Shown here: positions 36,266 through 45,239 of the stretch, one piece after another
Numbering within the stretch: position 1 is the stretch's first letter
Layout of the letters: each line of letters starts with the position of its first letter
Source of the DNA: an uncultured virus (IMG/VR IMGVR_UViG_3300028903_000203)
Taxonomy: Duplodnaviria; Heunggongvirae; Uroviricota; Caudoviricetes
Virus record (IMG/VR): IMGVR_UViG_3300028903_000203
DNA length: 64,000 nucleotides
Strand: one strand, 5' to 3'
The notes under the pieces: generated by a model
Database searches by the model: none
The model's input: only the letters and a program-made list of their open reading frames with translations
What the model was told of the DNA's origin: nothing
Made by a program: the position numbers and the translations under genes

Positions 36266-38476
36266 CTATAGTAGCTGTAAGTGGGCGGCCGGCATACCCT
36301 TCTCTGGGACGGCTGCCGGCTGTTCCTCACCAGCCATCCGGCGCAGCTCGACCTCGGCGATCACCGGCACCCCCAGCTTCTGTGCCTTGTCACGCTTGCC
36401 GCCTCCACCGACCCCGGCCACCAGGTAGTCGGTCTTGGCCGAAACGTCGTCGCTGACCCGGCCTCCGTGGGCCAGGATGTAGGCTTTGGCCTCTTCCCGG
36501 CTCATCGTGGGCAACGTGCCCGTGATGACGAAGGTGCGCCCCGCCAGGGCCTGGGGAATGTCTGCGGACGCTTCCGGGGTGAGAGCCACCACTTGCACGC
36601 CGGCAATCTCCAAGTCCCGCAGCATCTGCCTGTTGCCCTGGTTAGTAAACCACACCACGACGGCCTGTGCGGTCTGGGGCCCGATGCCTGGGATGGTCTG
36701 CAACTCCTCCACGGTAGCTGCGCCCAGCGCCGCCAGCCGGGGAAAGTGCCCCAGCAGTAGTTCCGCTACTGCGGGGCCAACGCCTGGAATACCCAACGCC
36801 GTCAGCACCCGGTGGGTTGGTTGGTCTTTGGACCTGGCGATGGCGGCAAGAAGGTTGTCAGCGGACTTGGCGGCGAAACCGTCCAGTTTCAGCAAGTCAT
36901 CCCGGCCCAGGTAGTACAAATCCGCCACACTCGTAACCAGCCCTTGTGCTGTGAGCTGCTCGGCGATGGCTGGGCCCAGACCAGGGATGTCCATGCAGCC
37001 ACGGGAAGCCCAGTACCCCACCTTGCGGGCTTGCTGGGGCAGACAGAAGGACGTTCCTGCGCAGTAGAGGGCCACGCCACCTTCTTCCTGGGTCAATGCG
37101 CCCCCGCAAGCGGGGCAGCGGGTGGGTGGCTGGTAGACCTGCTCCGTGCCCTCGCGGGCCGCAACCACCGGCCCGACCACGTAAGGGATCACGTCCCCCG
37201 AGCGTTGCAGCGTGATGCGGTCGCCCACGCGGATGTCCATGGTCTGGATGTAGTCGAAATTGTGCAGGGTCGCGCGGCTGATCGTTGCGCCCCCTAGCGC
37301 CACCGGCTCCAAGATCGCCACAGGCGTGAGCGCCCCGGTTCGGCCAACGGTGACCTCAATTCCCAGGAGCTTGGTGGTGGTCTCGCGGGCGGTGAACTTG
37401 AAGGCCACCGCGCCGCGCGGGTCTTTGCCCACCACGCCCAGTTGCTCCTGGAGCCGGAGGTCGTTGACTTTGACCACCACACCGTCGACCTCAAAGGGCA
37501 GCTCGTCCCGCCGCCGCTCCCAGGCTTGGCAGGTGGCGATAGCCGCATCCAGGTCCTCGACATGCACCCGCGGCCCGACGGGGAACCCCAGCTCCTGAAG
37601 CAGACTCAGTGTGCCCCACTGAGTCTGCGGGATGGCGCGATCCCAGCCTTCGGCAACGATGATGCTGTAGCAGAGGATGCGCAGCGGCCGGCCGGCCGTC
37701 ACCTGGGGGTCCAACTGGCGCAGCGCACCTGCCGCGGCATTACGTGGATTGGCAAAGGGCTTGTCGCCGGCCTCGCGCAATCGCGCGTTCAGCGCCTCGA
37801 AGTCGGCCTTGGCGATATAGGCTTCTGCCCGGACCACTAGCTGGCGGGGGGGAGGAAAGAGAGTGAGCTTGCGGCCCAACAACGGCACCGGGATGCGCGG
37901 CGGCAGATCGCGTACCGTGCGCAGGTTGGCGGTGATGTCCTCGCCGATGAGTCCGTCTCCCCGCGTGGTGCCCCGCACAAATACCCCGTCCTCGTAGTGC
38001 AGCACGACGGTCAGGCCGTCAATCTTGGGTTCCAGCACGTAGAAGAAGGTGCCCGTCGGGGCCAGCGCTTGGTTCCGGCGCTCCCACTCCTGTAGCTCTT
38101 GCTCATCAAAGACGTTGGCCAGGCTGAGAATGGGGGCGGGATGCGCGGCCTTGGTAAAGCCTTCCCGGGCTTCGCCGCCGACGCGCTGCGTTGGTGAGTC
38201 GGGGGTGACAAACTCTGGGTGGGCCGCCTCGAGCGCGACCAGCTCCCGGTACAGCGCGTCGTACTCAGCGTCCGAGAGTACCGGGTCGTCGAGCACGTAG
38301 TAACGGTGGCTGTGGAAGCCGAGATCGCGGCGCAAGTCCTCCAGCCGCTGCAACTCCCGGTGCTCCGCTTCGAGCGCGGCTATGTTCAAGCCGGGGGGCA
38401 TCGTCCCCGGCAGCCAGTGGCGCGTGGTCAGATCACGCAGCTCGGCGAGCCGCTCGGATAACGTCTGGTTAGCCAT
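36266..38476 (-). CDS. ligA: NAD-dependent DNA ligase
   Basis: RYYVLDDP..SDAEYD, EPKIDG, ANPRNAAAG, DGVVVK, GRTG, TLHN, C4 Zn finger, HhH repeats, BRCT (FVITGTL). Confidence 0.97.
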   Translation of the reverse strand: MANQTLSERLAELRDLTTRHWLPGTMPPGLNIAALEAEHRELQRLEDLRRDLGFHSHRYYVLDDPVLSDAEYDALYRELVALEAAHPEFVTPDSPTQRVGGEAREGFTKAAHPAPILSLANVFDEQELQEWERRNQALAPTGTFFYVLEPKIDGLTVVLHYEDGVFVRGTTRGDGLIGEDITANLRTVRDLPPRIPVPLLGRKLTLFPPPRQLVVRAEAYIAKADFEALNARLREAGDKPFANPRNAAAGALRQLDPQVTAGRPLRILCYSIIVAEGWDRAIPQTQWGTLSLLQELGFPVGPRVHVEDLDAAIATCQAWERRRDELPFEVDGVVVKVNDLRLQEQLGVVGKDPRGAVAFKFTARETTTKLLGIEVTVGRTGALTPVAILEPVALGGATISRATLHNFDYIQTMDIRVGDRITLQRSGDVIPYVVGPVVAAREGTEQVYQPPTRCPACGGALTQEEGGVALYCAGTSFCLPQQARKVGYWASRGCMDIPGLGPAIAEQLTAQGLVTSVADLYYLGRDDLLKLDGFAAKSADNLLAAIARSKDQPTHRVLTALGIPGVGPAVAELLLGHFPRLAALGAATVEELQTIPGIGPQTAQAVVVWFTNQGNRQMLRDLEIAGVQVVALTPEASADIPQALAGRTFVITGTLPTMSREEAKAYILAHGGRVSDDVSAKTDYLVAGVGGGGKRDKAQKLGVPVIAEVELRRMAGEEQPAAVPEKGMPAAHLQLL

Positions 38477-38525
38477 ACGCAGGTCCTCCTAGTGTTGAAC
38501 TTCAAAAACTTGGAAGTTGACCCGG

Positions 38526-38720
38526 TTAGAGCGCTGACCCGGCATGCGACGGCGTGCGAATGTCCTCCAGGGAGAGATGCCCCAGCCGTAGATTGGCCAA
38601 CTGGTTTCCATACTCGTCCAGCAGCCGCAGCGCGTGCCGGACGCGGGCCACCGGGTCGGGATTGTCCGTCCAGATGCAAGCCTCGTCAAGCAACTGGTTG
38701 ATCTCTGCCAGCTTGTCCAT
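38526..38720 (-). CDS. Small hypothetical protein
   Basis: AGGAGG RBS before MDKLAE. Confidence 0.45.
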   Translation of the reverse strand: MDKLAEINQLLDEACIWTDNPDPVARVRHALRLLDEYGNQLANLRLGHLSLEDIRTPSHAGSAL

Positions 38721-39006
38721 CAGGGGCCTCCTCAGAGTTGGCGATCTCCAAGAGCACGTCTGCGTGGCACGGTTGGCCGGGGGGACACCAGCAAGCCAGG
38801 TCTTTACCCGCCAGCGCCAGCCTTATATCCGCCACCAAACCCGGCATCGTGCGCAACCACGAGCGATAGGCCCGCACACACTCCGCCGCGTCACCTTGTA
38901 GGCCCACGTGAAAGGGATTGCCCCAGCGGGTCGGCCGGCCGACATAGACGGTGTTGGCGGGCATGCGCCAGCCTCTGATGCGACGGCGTTGCACTCGTTC
39001 AGGCAC
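38686..39006 (-). CDS. DUF4326 family protein
   Basis: YVGRPTRWGNPF...LAGKDLACWC...CHADVLLEIAN; GGAGG RBS with GTG start. Confidence 0.85.
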   Translation of the reverse strand: MPERVQRRRIRGWRMPANTVYVGRPTRWGNPFHVGLQGDAAECVRAYRSWLRTMPGLVADIRLALAGKDLACWCPPGQPCHADVLLEIANSEEAPDGQAGRDQPVA

Positions 39007-39220
39007 GGAACCCTCCGGGTAATTCACGCCGCACCGGCAAGTTCTGCCCTTCGGCAATCCGCCCATCAAAGTAGCAGGGCGTGCCCTCGATGAGTCGGGT
39101 GCCGGCTATCACGTAGATGTCGTTGCTGTCGCATTGGGGGCAGCCTGGCGCGGTAGAGCCGAACCACTGGGTGTCTGAGAACTCTGCGCCACAGCCGTTG
39201 CAGACTACGATGATGTCCAT
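38999..39220 (-). CDS. Small Zn-ribbon protein
   Basis: CNGC...CPQC; AGGAG RBS. Confidence 0.55.
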   Translation of the reverse strand: MDIIVVCNGCGAEFSDTQWFGSTAPGCPQCDSNDIYVIAGTRLIEGTPCYFDGRIAEGQNLPVRRELPGGFRA

Positions 39221-39250
39221 AGCACTCTCCTAGCGCCGCCGCGAGGCTGT

Positions 39251-39463
39251 TTAGCCCTCGTAGATGCGGTACTCGTCAAAGTCCAGGGAAAACCCCTCCT
39301 GGCGCTCCAGCCGAGCCACAACGGTGATGGTCGGCTCGGGGATGCCGGCATCCTCGCGGGCATACTTGAGCACCTTGTCGCTGTCGTAATTGTCCGGCAC
39401 AACCATGAGCACCTGGTCGATGCACCTGTCCCGCAGTTGACTCTCTACTTTCATTAAGAGCAT
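39251..39463 (-). CDS. Small hypothetical protein
   Basis: AAGGAG upstream of MLLMKV. Confidence 0.5.
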   Translation of the reverse strand: MLLMKVESQLRDRCIDQVLMVVPDNYDSDKVLKYAREDAGIPEPTITVVARLERQEGFSLDFDEYRIYEG

Positions 39464-39464
39464 C

Positions 39465-39977
39465 TCACGTCTCCTTTGCTTGGGGTTCATCGAACTTACT
39501 GGGCTGGTTCTCTGCCAGGGCCAGCAGCAGCCGGTTGTTGCCTTGGCCGGCCCATACCCAGCGCCGTCGGCAGGGCAGCCATTGGACCACCTCTGCCAGC
39601 AGTATCTCCTGGCCGGGAGTGAAGAACTCGGCATGCCAGGACCCCCCGGCCTGTACCACGGCTAGCACTACGCGCTCCCCTTCCTCCAAAGCGGTGTTGA
39701 CAAAAGCCAGCCGGGGCCGGATTCTCTGGACGAGGAGCACGAGTTCGTGGGCCTGCTCTCGGTACTGCTCTGGTTGCACTTTGACTAGCGCTACGTATTG
39801 CGGAGAAGTCAGTGTGAGAGAGATGGCCACCAGCACGAGTGCCGCCAGCGTGACATAGCCGACCCCGCGCAACAGCGGATTGGCGCTTTCCACCAGTTGC
39901 ATGGAGAGGAGCGCCCCGGTGGCAAACCCGACAGCAAGCAGGAGGAGCTTTAGTTGCATCTTGCTCAACTTGGGCAT
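39465..39977 (-). CDS. Membrane protein
   Basis: Two N-terminal TM segments; GAGG RBS. Confidence 0.55.
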   Translation of the reverse strand: MPKLSKMQLKLLLLAVGFATGALLSMQLVESANPLLRGVGYVTLAALVLVAISLTLTSPQYVALVKVQPEQYREQAHELVLLVQRIRPRLAFVNTALEEGERVVLAVVQAGGSWHAEFFTPGQEILLAEVVQWLPCRRRWVWAGQGNNRLLLALAENQPSKFDEPQAKET

Positions 39978-39996
39978 ACGTCCTCACATGGCCGGT

Positions 39997-40374
39997 CTAT
40001 GATAAGGCCAGATAGTCGCGCTCCCATTGCCGCTCGGTGGCGGCCTCGCCCTGGGCTTGTATCTCCACCGCCAGACAGAAGGGACAGTCGAGATGGCGGC
40101 GGCTGACCTCCACTGTTGCCGCCTCCGAGGGCAAAACCCGGCCGCATTGGGGACAGCGCACCTCTTCCTCGGCCTGCTCACGCTCGGCTACACACCGGGC
40201 GCACTGGCAATCGGGAGCGTGTTCCCCGCTGCTCTCAGCGATGACCTCGGGCGTGTTGAGTTCGGGGGAGAACTCAAACCCTGAACAGCCGCAGTCAGGA
40301 GCGGTACAGGCCCCGCCGTTCTCGTGCTCTTCGTACCAGTGTCCACAGACACACAAGGTATCGCGTTGGTTCAT
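39997..40374 (-). CDS. Multi-Zn-finger hypothetical protein
   Basis: CVCGH..EH..C..C.C; HAPDCQC..C; CPQC..CPFC. Confidence 0.6.
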   Translation of the reverse strand: MNQRDTLCVCGHWYEEHENGGACTAPDCGCSGFEFSPELNTPEVIAESSGEHAPDCQCARCVAEREQAEEEVRCPQCGRVLPSEAATVEVSRRHLDCPFCLAVEIQAQGEAATERQWERDYLALS

Positions 40375-40577
40375 CGAGCCTCTCCTGTAGCCTGGCGCTC
40401 AAGGTTGGGCGGCGCTGCCGCCGTCAACTCTGCCTGCCGCAGTTGCTCCTGCGCCGCGTGAAACTCGGTCTGCACCTGGTCGTAGATCGCCAGGGGGCAG
40501 GTGGTTAGCCTGGTGCGCAGGGCTTCCACGTGGGCCCGCAGCTCGCGGAGGCGCTTCTCGGACTTCTTCATCGTCAT
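40371..40577 (-). CDS. Small coiled-coil protein
   Basis: GGAGG RBS before MTMKKS. Confidence 0.5.
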   Translation of the reverse strand: MTMKKSEKRLRELRAHVEALRTRLTTCPLAIYDQVQTEFHAAQEQLRQAELTAAAPPNLERQATGEAR

Positions 40578-40579
40578 GG

Positions 40580-41254
40580 CTATGCCTCCGGGACTGGCCT
40601 GTTGGCCAGGAGCACCGCCCGCGCGTAGCAGAGCTGGCAGACGGTGCCGTTCTGCGCGTGCGAGTTGTCGCACTCGCAGTCGGTGTCCAGAAGGCCGGCC
40701 AGCGTTTCCTGCGCCTCGGCGAGCGTCAGGGCCGGGGGTTGTTCAAAGACCTCGGCAAGGTAGTCGTTCATGTCCTGGAGCGTCTGTTCCACGGAGGCCA
40801 GGCCGTCGATGCGCGTTAGGCGGTTGAGGGCGGCGGCCCCGCCGCCCATGAGGAGGCTCGCGCCAGGCACCAGCGCGAGAAGCGCCTGCACTTCGGTGCT
40901 GTCCAGTTCTTCGTTATCGTGGAGAAACTCGCGGAGCGGGCCCCGCCATTCTTCGCTGGCTTCCTCGCCCTGGGGACCCTGCGGCAGAAACTCCATCACG
41001 ACCTGTACCACGGGATCGGGGGTGGCGCGGAGAGCGGGGTGGGGCGGGGTAGTGTCAAGCTTTTCCCCGCTCCAGGGGTTGTAGTCCAACTTGACCCGCA
41101 GCACCTGGCCGGTGTCCGGGGCCACCATGAGGGCGATCCAATCGCCGTCGCTTTTCTGCCAGACCAGTCCTTCCACATCGGCGGCGGTTTCACCTTCGGC
41201 GGCGTCTACCGCCTCCCAAAAGCTCTGAAGTATGGCGTTCTCGACCTGGGCCAT
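40580..41254 (-). CDS. Acidic hypothetical protein
   Basis: GGAGG RBS; C-terminal CECD..H..C..C. Confidence 0.6.
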   Translation of the reverse strand: MAQVENAILQSFWEAVDAAEGETAADVEGLVWQKSDGDWIALMVAPDTGQVLRVKLDYNPWSGEKLDTTPPHPALRATPDPVVQVVMEFLPQGPQGEEASEEWRGPLREFLHDNEELDSTEVQALLALVPGASLLMGGGAAALNRLTRIDGLASVEQTLQDMNDYLAEVFEQPPALTLAEAQETLAGLLDTDCECDNSHAQNGTVCQLCYARAVLLANRPVPEA

Positions 41255-41299
41255 TGCTGTCCTCCAGTATGTCTAACCTTGACGGTCACAGTAGCGAAT

Positions 41300-41492
41300 C
41301 CCGGTGGGCCGGCTTGCTCCGCCCGTCCGCGTCGTCCAGCCAACGGGCGGAACTCTTACGGCATATCTCCCCGGCTTAGGCACCCTCAGACACTGGCCTG
41401 CCGGCCTTTAGGCGGGTCCCGTGGGAGTCCCGCGAGTGAAAGCACGCCCTTGTTCCTGGGAGGGGATGGTGTTGTTAAACCGACTGACCGGG
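41300..41492 (-). ncRNA. Candidate structured 5' leader/ncRNA
   Basis: Long untranslated stretch after the promoter; closing stem plus several internal hairpins; family not recognised. Confidence 0.3.
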
Positions 41493-41532
41493 CCGTAAAT
41501 GTTTCCGTAGACGGAAGCATTTCACTGTGCCC

Positions 41533-41561
41533 ATTGTACTACATTGTAGTGATTTTGTCAA
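41533..41561 (-). promoter_or_regulatory. Sigma70 promoter TTGACA-17-TACAAT with palindrome ACTACATTGTAGT (41538-41550)
   Basis: Read directly. Confidence 0.8.
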
Positions 41562-42621
41562 GCTGGGCCTCCGCTATTCGTGGGGGTGGTTCCCCCACCG
41601 TGTATTGAACCTTGCGCCGCGAGCGGCCCCGGTACAGATTCATGTTGTCATCAGCAGCATTGTACAGACCTTGGGCGGTATCGGCATCCTCCGGAGCTAC
41701 AGCTACTCCCAAGCCGACCCCAAACCATGGCTGCCCTTGTTGGGTCTGCGCAAAGTCGTCGGTTAACCGCTGGGAGGCGTCGGCCACCCGCTGCCGAATA
41801 GTCTCAACTTGCTCTCGGGTCGTTTCGGGAAACACCCCCCCGAACTCGTCACCGCCCAGGCGGAAGGTGGAGTCCGTGGCGCGGAGGCGCATCAGAGCGG
41901 CGAGTTGGCGAATGGCCCCATCTCCGGCGTCATAGCCCCAGCCCTCGTTGATGTCGTGGAGCTGATTGACGTCGGCGAGCAGGAGCCCTGCCGGCTGCTG
42001 CTTGGACACGGCGCGCTGCACGGTTACTTGCAGGCAGTGGTCAAAGTAACCGCGACTATGCACGCCGGTCAGCGGGTCGGTGATGACCTGCTGATGGAGC
42101 AGCCCGTTTTCAATAGCCACGGCGGCTTGCGCGGCCAGGGAGCTAAAGATGTCCAAGTCGCTTTCGTCGAAGGTCCCCAGCGCTGGCCGCTGCGAATCTA
42201 CGTACAGCGCACCCAGCGGGGGGGCCCCGCGCGTGCGCAGCGGGGCGCACAGGATGAAGCGCACCCCGCCCAGCCGCACGCTCGCGGCGCTCGCCAGCTC
42301 CTCGTCGGACAGCGCGCTCACATCGACCCAGGCCGCCGGCTCACCGCTTTCCAGCACGCGGCGAATCGCGGTCGAGGAAATGCGGTCAATTTCGCGCGCA
42401 TCCAGGTTATGGGTGGCCCGCAAGATCATGGACGGGCGAAACTCTCCTGCCGCTGTCACCACGTCGGGCAACAGGATCAGCGCGCCGCGTTCCGCAGCGG
42501 TGATTGCCACCGCCTTCTGCACCACCATATCGAGGAGGAGGTCCAGGTCTTTCTCGTGGGCAAAGGCCAAAGATACTTCCAACACGGTTTTGAGCTGCTG
42601 TACAATTCTGGAATCACCCAT
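41539..42621 (-). CDS. GAF-GGDEF diguanylate cyclase
   Basis: GAF (ILCAPL..LGALYVDS..AAQAAVAIEN), TDPLTG, DVNQLHDINEGWGYDAGD, FRLGGDEF. Confidence 0.9.
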   Translation of the reverse strand: MGDSRIVQQLKTVLEVSLAFAHEKDLDLLLDMVVQKAVAITAAERGALILLPDVVTAAGEFRPSMILRATHNLDAREIDRISSTAIRRVLESGEPAAWVDVSALSDEELASAASVRLGGVRFILCAPLRTRGAPPLGALYVDSQRPALGTFDESDLDIFSSLAAQAAVAIENGLLHQQVITDPLTGVHSRGYFDHCLQVTVQRAVSKQQPAGLLLADVNQLHDINEGWGYDAGDGAIRQLAALMRLRATDSTFRLGGDEFGGVFPETTREQVETIRQRVADASQRLTDDFAQTQQGQPWFGVGLGVAVAPEDADTAQGLYNAADDNMNLYRGRSRRKVQYTVGEPPPRIAEAQLDKITTM

Positions 42622-42638
42622 CTTCCTCAACCTCCTCG

Positions 42639-45239
42639 TTATCCGGACTCCCGACTATCTATCCAAGTGTCGGTGTCCCCGGTTTCTAGCCAGTACTCTA
42701 GTGTCTGCCGAAAGCTCGTCCAGTTCGGGGCATCCTGTACAAGCTGCTCGATGGCGGCGGGGGCAACGCCCCGCTCATCTACCACGCGGCGCATCAAGAT
42801 GATAGCCCGCTTCTCGTCCACGTAGCGGAACCGATGCCGCAGCCCGGCCCGGATCGCGTAAAGCTGGCGCAAGTAAGGTTTGTCCTCTTGCTCTCGCCGG
42901 AGATGGCAGATGCCCCCCACCTTCTTCCAGGCATCCTCTACCGACTCCTTCAGGGGCACTGCTTGTCCGGGTTGGAAGCGCAAGTAGGATCGCGTGGCGA
43001 TGCGCAGCGCCTCAGTGACCTCCTCCGCCCCATACTTCCCAATCAAGCGCCGCAGCTCCGCCTGTCCCCGCTCGTTCAAGTGGTAACCTGCCGCCAGCTC
43101 GGTCCAGAGCTCCGCCACGCTATCCACCGCTTGGGCTTCGAGGTCAATCAAGCCGCGCTTCCACTGGAGCATCATCTCCATCTGCTCTTGCCGGGCCTGG
43201 AGTTCTTCCAGTTGCTGTTGCTGTCTGCGTACTACAGTATCATCGTCCAGCCGGCGGTCACTCTTGCCAGCATTGCACTCTTGGCAAGCGGTGGTCAGAT
43301 TCAGCATATCATTGTCTCCCCCCTCGGCCACGGGAATGATGTGGTCCACCTGGAGGATAACGTCTGGGAACTTGCGCCCACAATACTGGCAAGTGAAGCT
43401 GTCCCTCTTGAACACCTCGAAACGCACCCGCGGTGATATGCTAACGCGATTGCCGCTGACAGCGCATCCTTTCTTTGGGCGCTTTCCCTTTGCGGGAGTG
43501 GGGGTGGAAAGGGAGGAGCGTTTCCGCAAGCTGGGCTTAGTTGTATCTGCCGGAGGCTCCGCCGGCTGCGGTCGCAAATCATCCAGCAGGCCGGCACGAA
43601 CATCAGCCGGCGTGGCATCTCCCAATCGCTCAACCAAGAGCTGCGCGGCTGTGGCGCACTCGTCGTGCAGCACGGGCTCGAAGAGCAAGAGCACGGGTCG
43701 CCAGTAGTCTGTGTAGTAGTGCAGAACCACCGCCTCCACGATGGCTGGGTCCAGACAGACTTGCAGCGCGGCATAAGCCTGGGTGTGGATGGATTGGCGC
43801 TCGTCGTGCGTGAGATCGTCGCCGGGTCCAAGATGGTTGTAGAAGGGAGTGCGCATCTTGGCTGCAAATCCATGCTGCCACATCCACTGCGCATAGGCCA
43901 GCCACGCCGCGCCTGCCGCCGCCCAGCGTTTCTGTCGAGCATAGTGCTCGGCCAGTTCTCCACCCAATACCGGCTCGCCGGCTTGCTCCGCTGCGCCCAG
44001 CGGAAACCCGGGAGCGGGCTGATCCTCCTCGCGGTCCTGCTCGCAGGCGTAGCAGTAGGCGATGAATTGAAGCTGGTGGGGTAGATTCTCCGGTAGCTCT
44101 ACGCTAGGGGATTCTGCCAGCAACAGCCGCGCCAGCTCGGGGACCGCCTGGGTGGCGTCGTATAGTTCGAGCTCATGCTCCACCCAGACGCCTATTCCCG
44201 TGCCGGTAACGGCCCGGCGCTCCTCGGCATACAGTGCAAACCACAGCGAGGACATGGCTTGCGCGTCAGCGACGGCCGCTGACACATTGCCCATTTGGAG
44301 ATGTAACACCCCGCGGCTCGCCAGCCCGACCACTTGCGCACCCGGATCACCTTGCTCCACCTCCTCCGCATAGCAGGCCAGCGCTTCGTCCAGCCGGCCC
44401 ATATCGCGGAGCACGTCGCCCTTCACTTTGCCGGTTGCGCTCAGTTCCAGGCTGTAGCGGGGCACCAGGTCCAGGTAGCTGAGCGCGAGTTCGTGGTCGC
44501 CTTGTCCCAGACAGCTCCGGTAGGCGCACCAAGCGGCCTGGGGGCGAATGTTGGTGACATCGGCGGTAGCGAGCAGCGACACGAGTACTGCCCATGCCTC
44601 GGCCCAGCGCTCGGCCCGCAGCAAGGCATGGGTAAACGCCAGCCGCACTTCGGCATGTTCCGGATTGCGGCGGAGGTCCTGGGCGAATAGCTCGTGCACC
44701 TGGGGGGACAGCGCGTAACGCGCGGCGCGCAGCCATATTCTGCCCAGCCAGAGCACGGCTGCCTCGGGGCATGCGGGCAGAGCGGCGGCTTGCTCCAGGC
44801 GGCAGCAAATCTGCTCCCGTACTGCCGGGAGCCAGTCCTGGTCGTACTGGCTCCCGGCAGCAGCGGCTACTGCCTGGGCGTAGAGAACGTGCGGATCGGG
44901 CCGGGCCGGTTGGCTGGCCGCCGCAAAGCAGACCTGGGCGTGATCCCAGTTCTTGTCCTGCACCCAGGACCACCCGGCCTGGAGCCAATCATTCTGCGCT
45001 TTCTTCTCCACCCCTTGCCAGGTCTGAGCAGCCAGCGCTGCGGCCCCCGCTGCCAGGTGCGCCTGAGCCAGCAGTCGCCGGAGATCGTCGGTGGGGTTAT
45101 GGGCCACCAGGCTCGTTAGAATGGTCGCGGCTGGCGCAGGCCGGCCGGCCGCGAGCAGTCGCTGGGCTTCGGCTAGCCGACTCTCGCGCTGCCGCGCCCG
45201 CTCTTTCCGCTCCTGGCGTTTGGAGGGTTTCTTAGTCAT
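42639..45239 (-). CDS. TPR-repeat protein fused to C-terminal HNH endonuclease
   Basis: TPR-like helices (KGDVLRDMGRLDEALACY); RFEVFKRDSFTCQYCG...VDHIIPVAEGG...NLTTACQECNAGK. Confidence 0.8.
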   Translation of the reverse strand: MTKKPSKRQERKERARQRESRLAEAQRLLAAGRPAPAATILTSLVAHNPTDDLRRLLAQAHLAAGAAALAAQTWQGVEKKAQNDWLQAGWSWVQDKNWDHAQVCFAAASQPARPDPHVLYAQAVAAAAGSQYDQDWLPAVREQICCRLEQAAALPACPEAAVLWLGRIWLRAARYALSPQVHELFAQDLRRNPEHAEVRLAFTHALLRAERWAEAWAVLVSLLATADVTNIRPQAAWCAYRSCLGQGDHELALSYLDLVPRYSLELSATGKVKGDVLRDMGRLDEALACYAEEVEQGDPGAQVVGLASRGVLHLQMGNVSAAVADAQAMSSLWFALYAEERRAVTGTGIGVWVEHELELYDATQAVPELARLLLAESPSVELPENLPHQLQFIAYCYACEQDREEDQPAPGFPLGAAEQAGEPVLGGELAEHYARQKRWAAAGAAWLAYAQWMWQHGFAAKMRTPFYNHLGPGDDLTHDERQSIHTQAYAALQVCLDPAIVEAVVLHYYTDYWRPVLLLFEPVLHDECATAAQLLVERLGDATPADVRAGLLDDLRPQPAEPPADTTKPSLRKRSSLSTPTPAKGKRPKKGCAVSGNRVSISPRVRFEVFKRDSFTCQYCGRKFPDVILQVDHIIPVAEGGDNDMLNLTTACQECNAGKSDRRLDDDTVVRRQQQQLEELQARQEQMEMMLQWKRGLIDLEAQAVDSVAELWTELAAGYHLNERGQAELRRLIGKYGAEEVTEALRIATRSYLRFQPGQAVPLKESVEDAWKKVGGICHLRREQEDKPYLRQLYAIRAGLRHRFRYVDEKRAIILMRRVVDERGVAPAAIEQLVQDAPNWTSFRQTLEYWLETGDTDTWIDSRESG

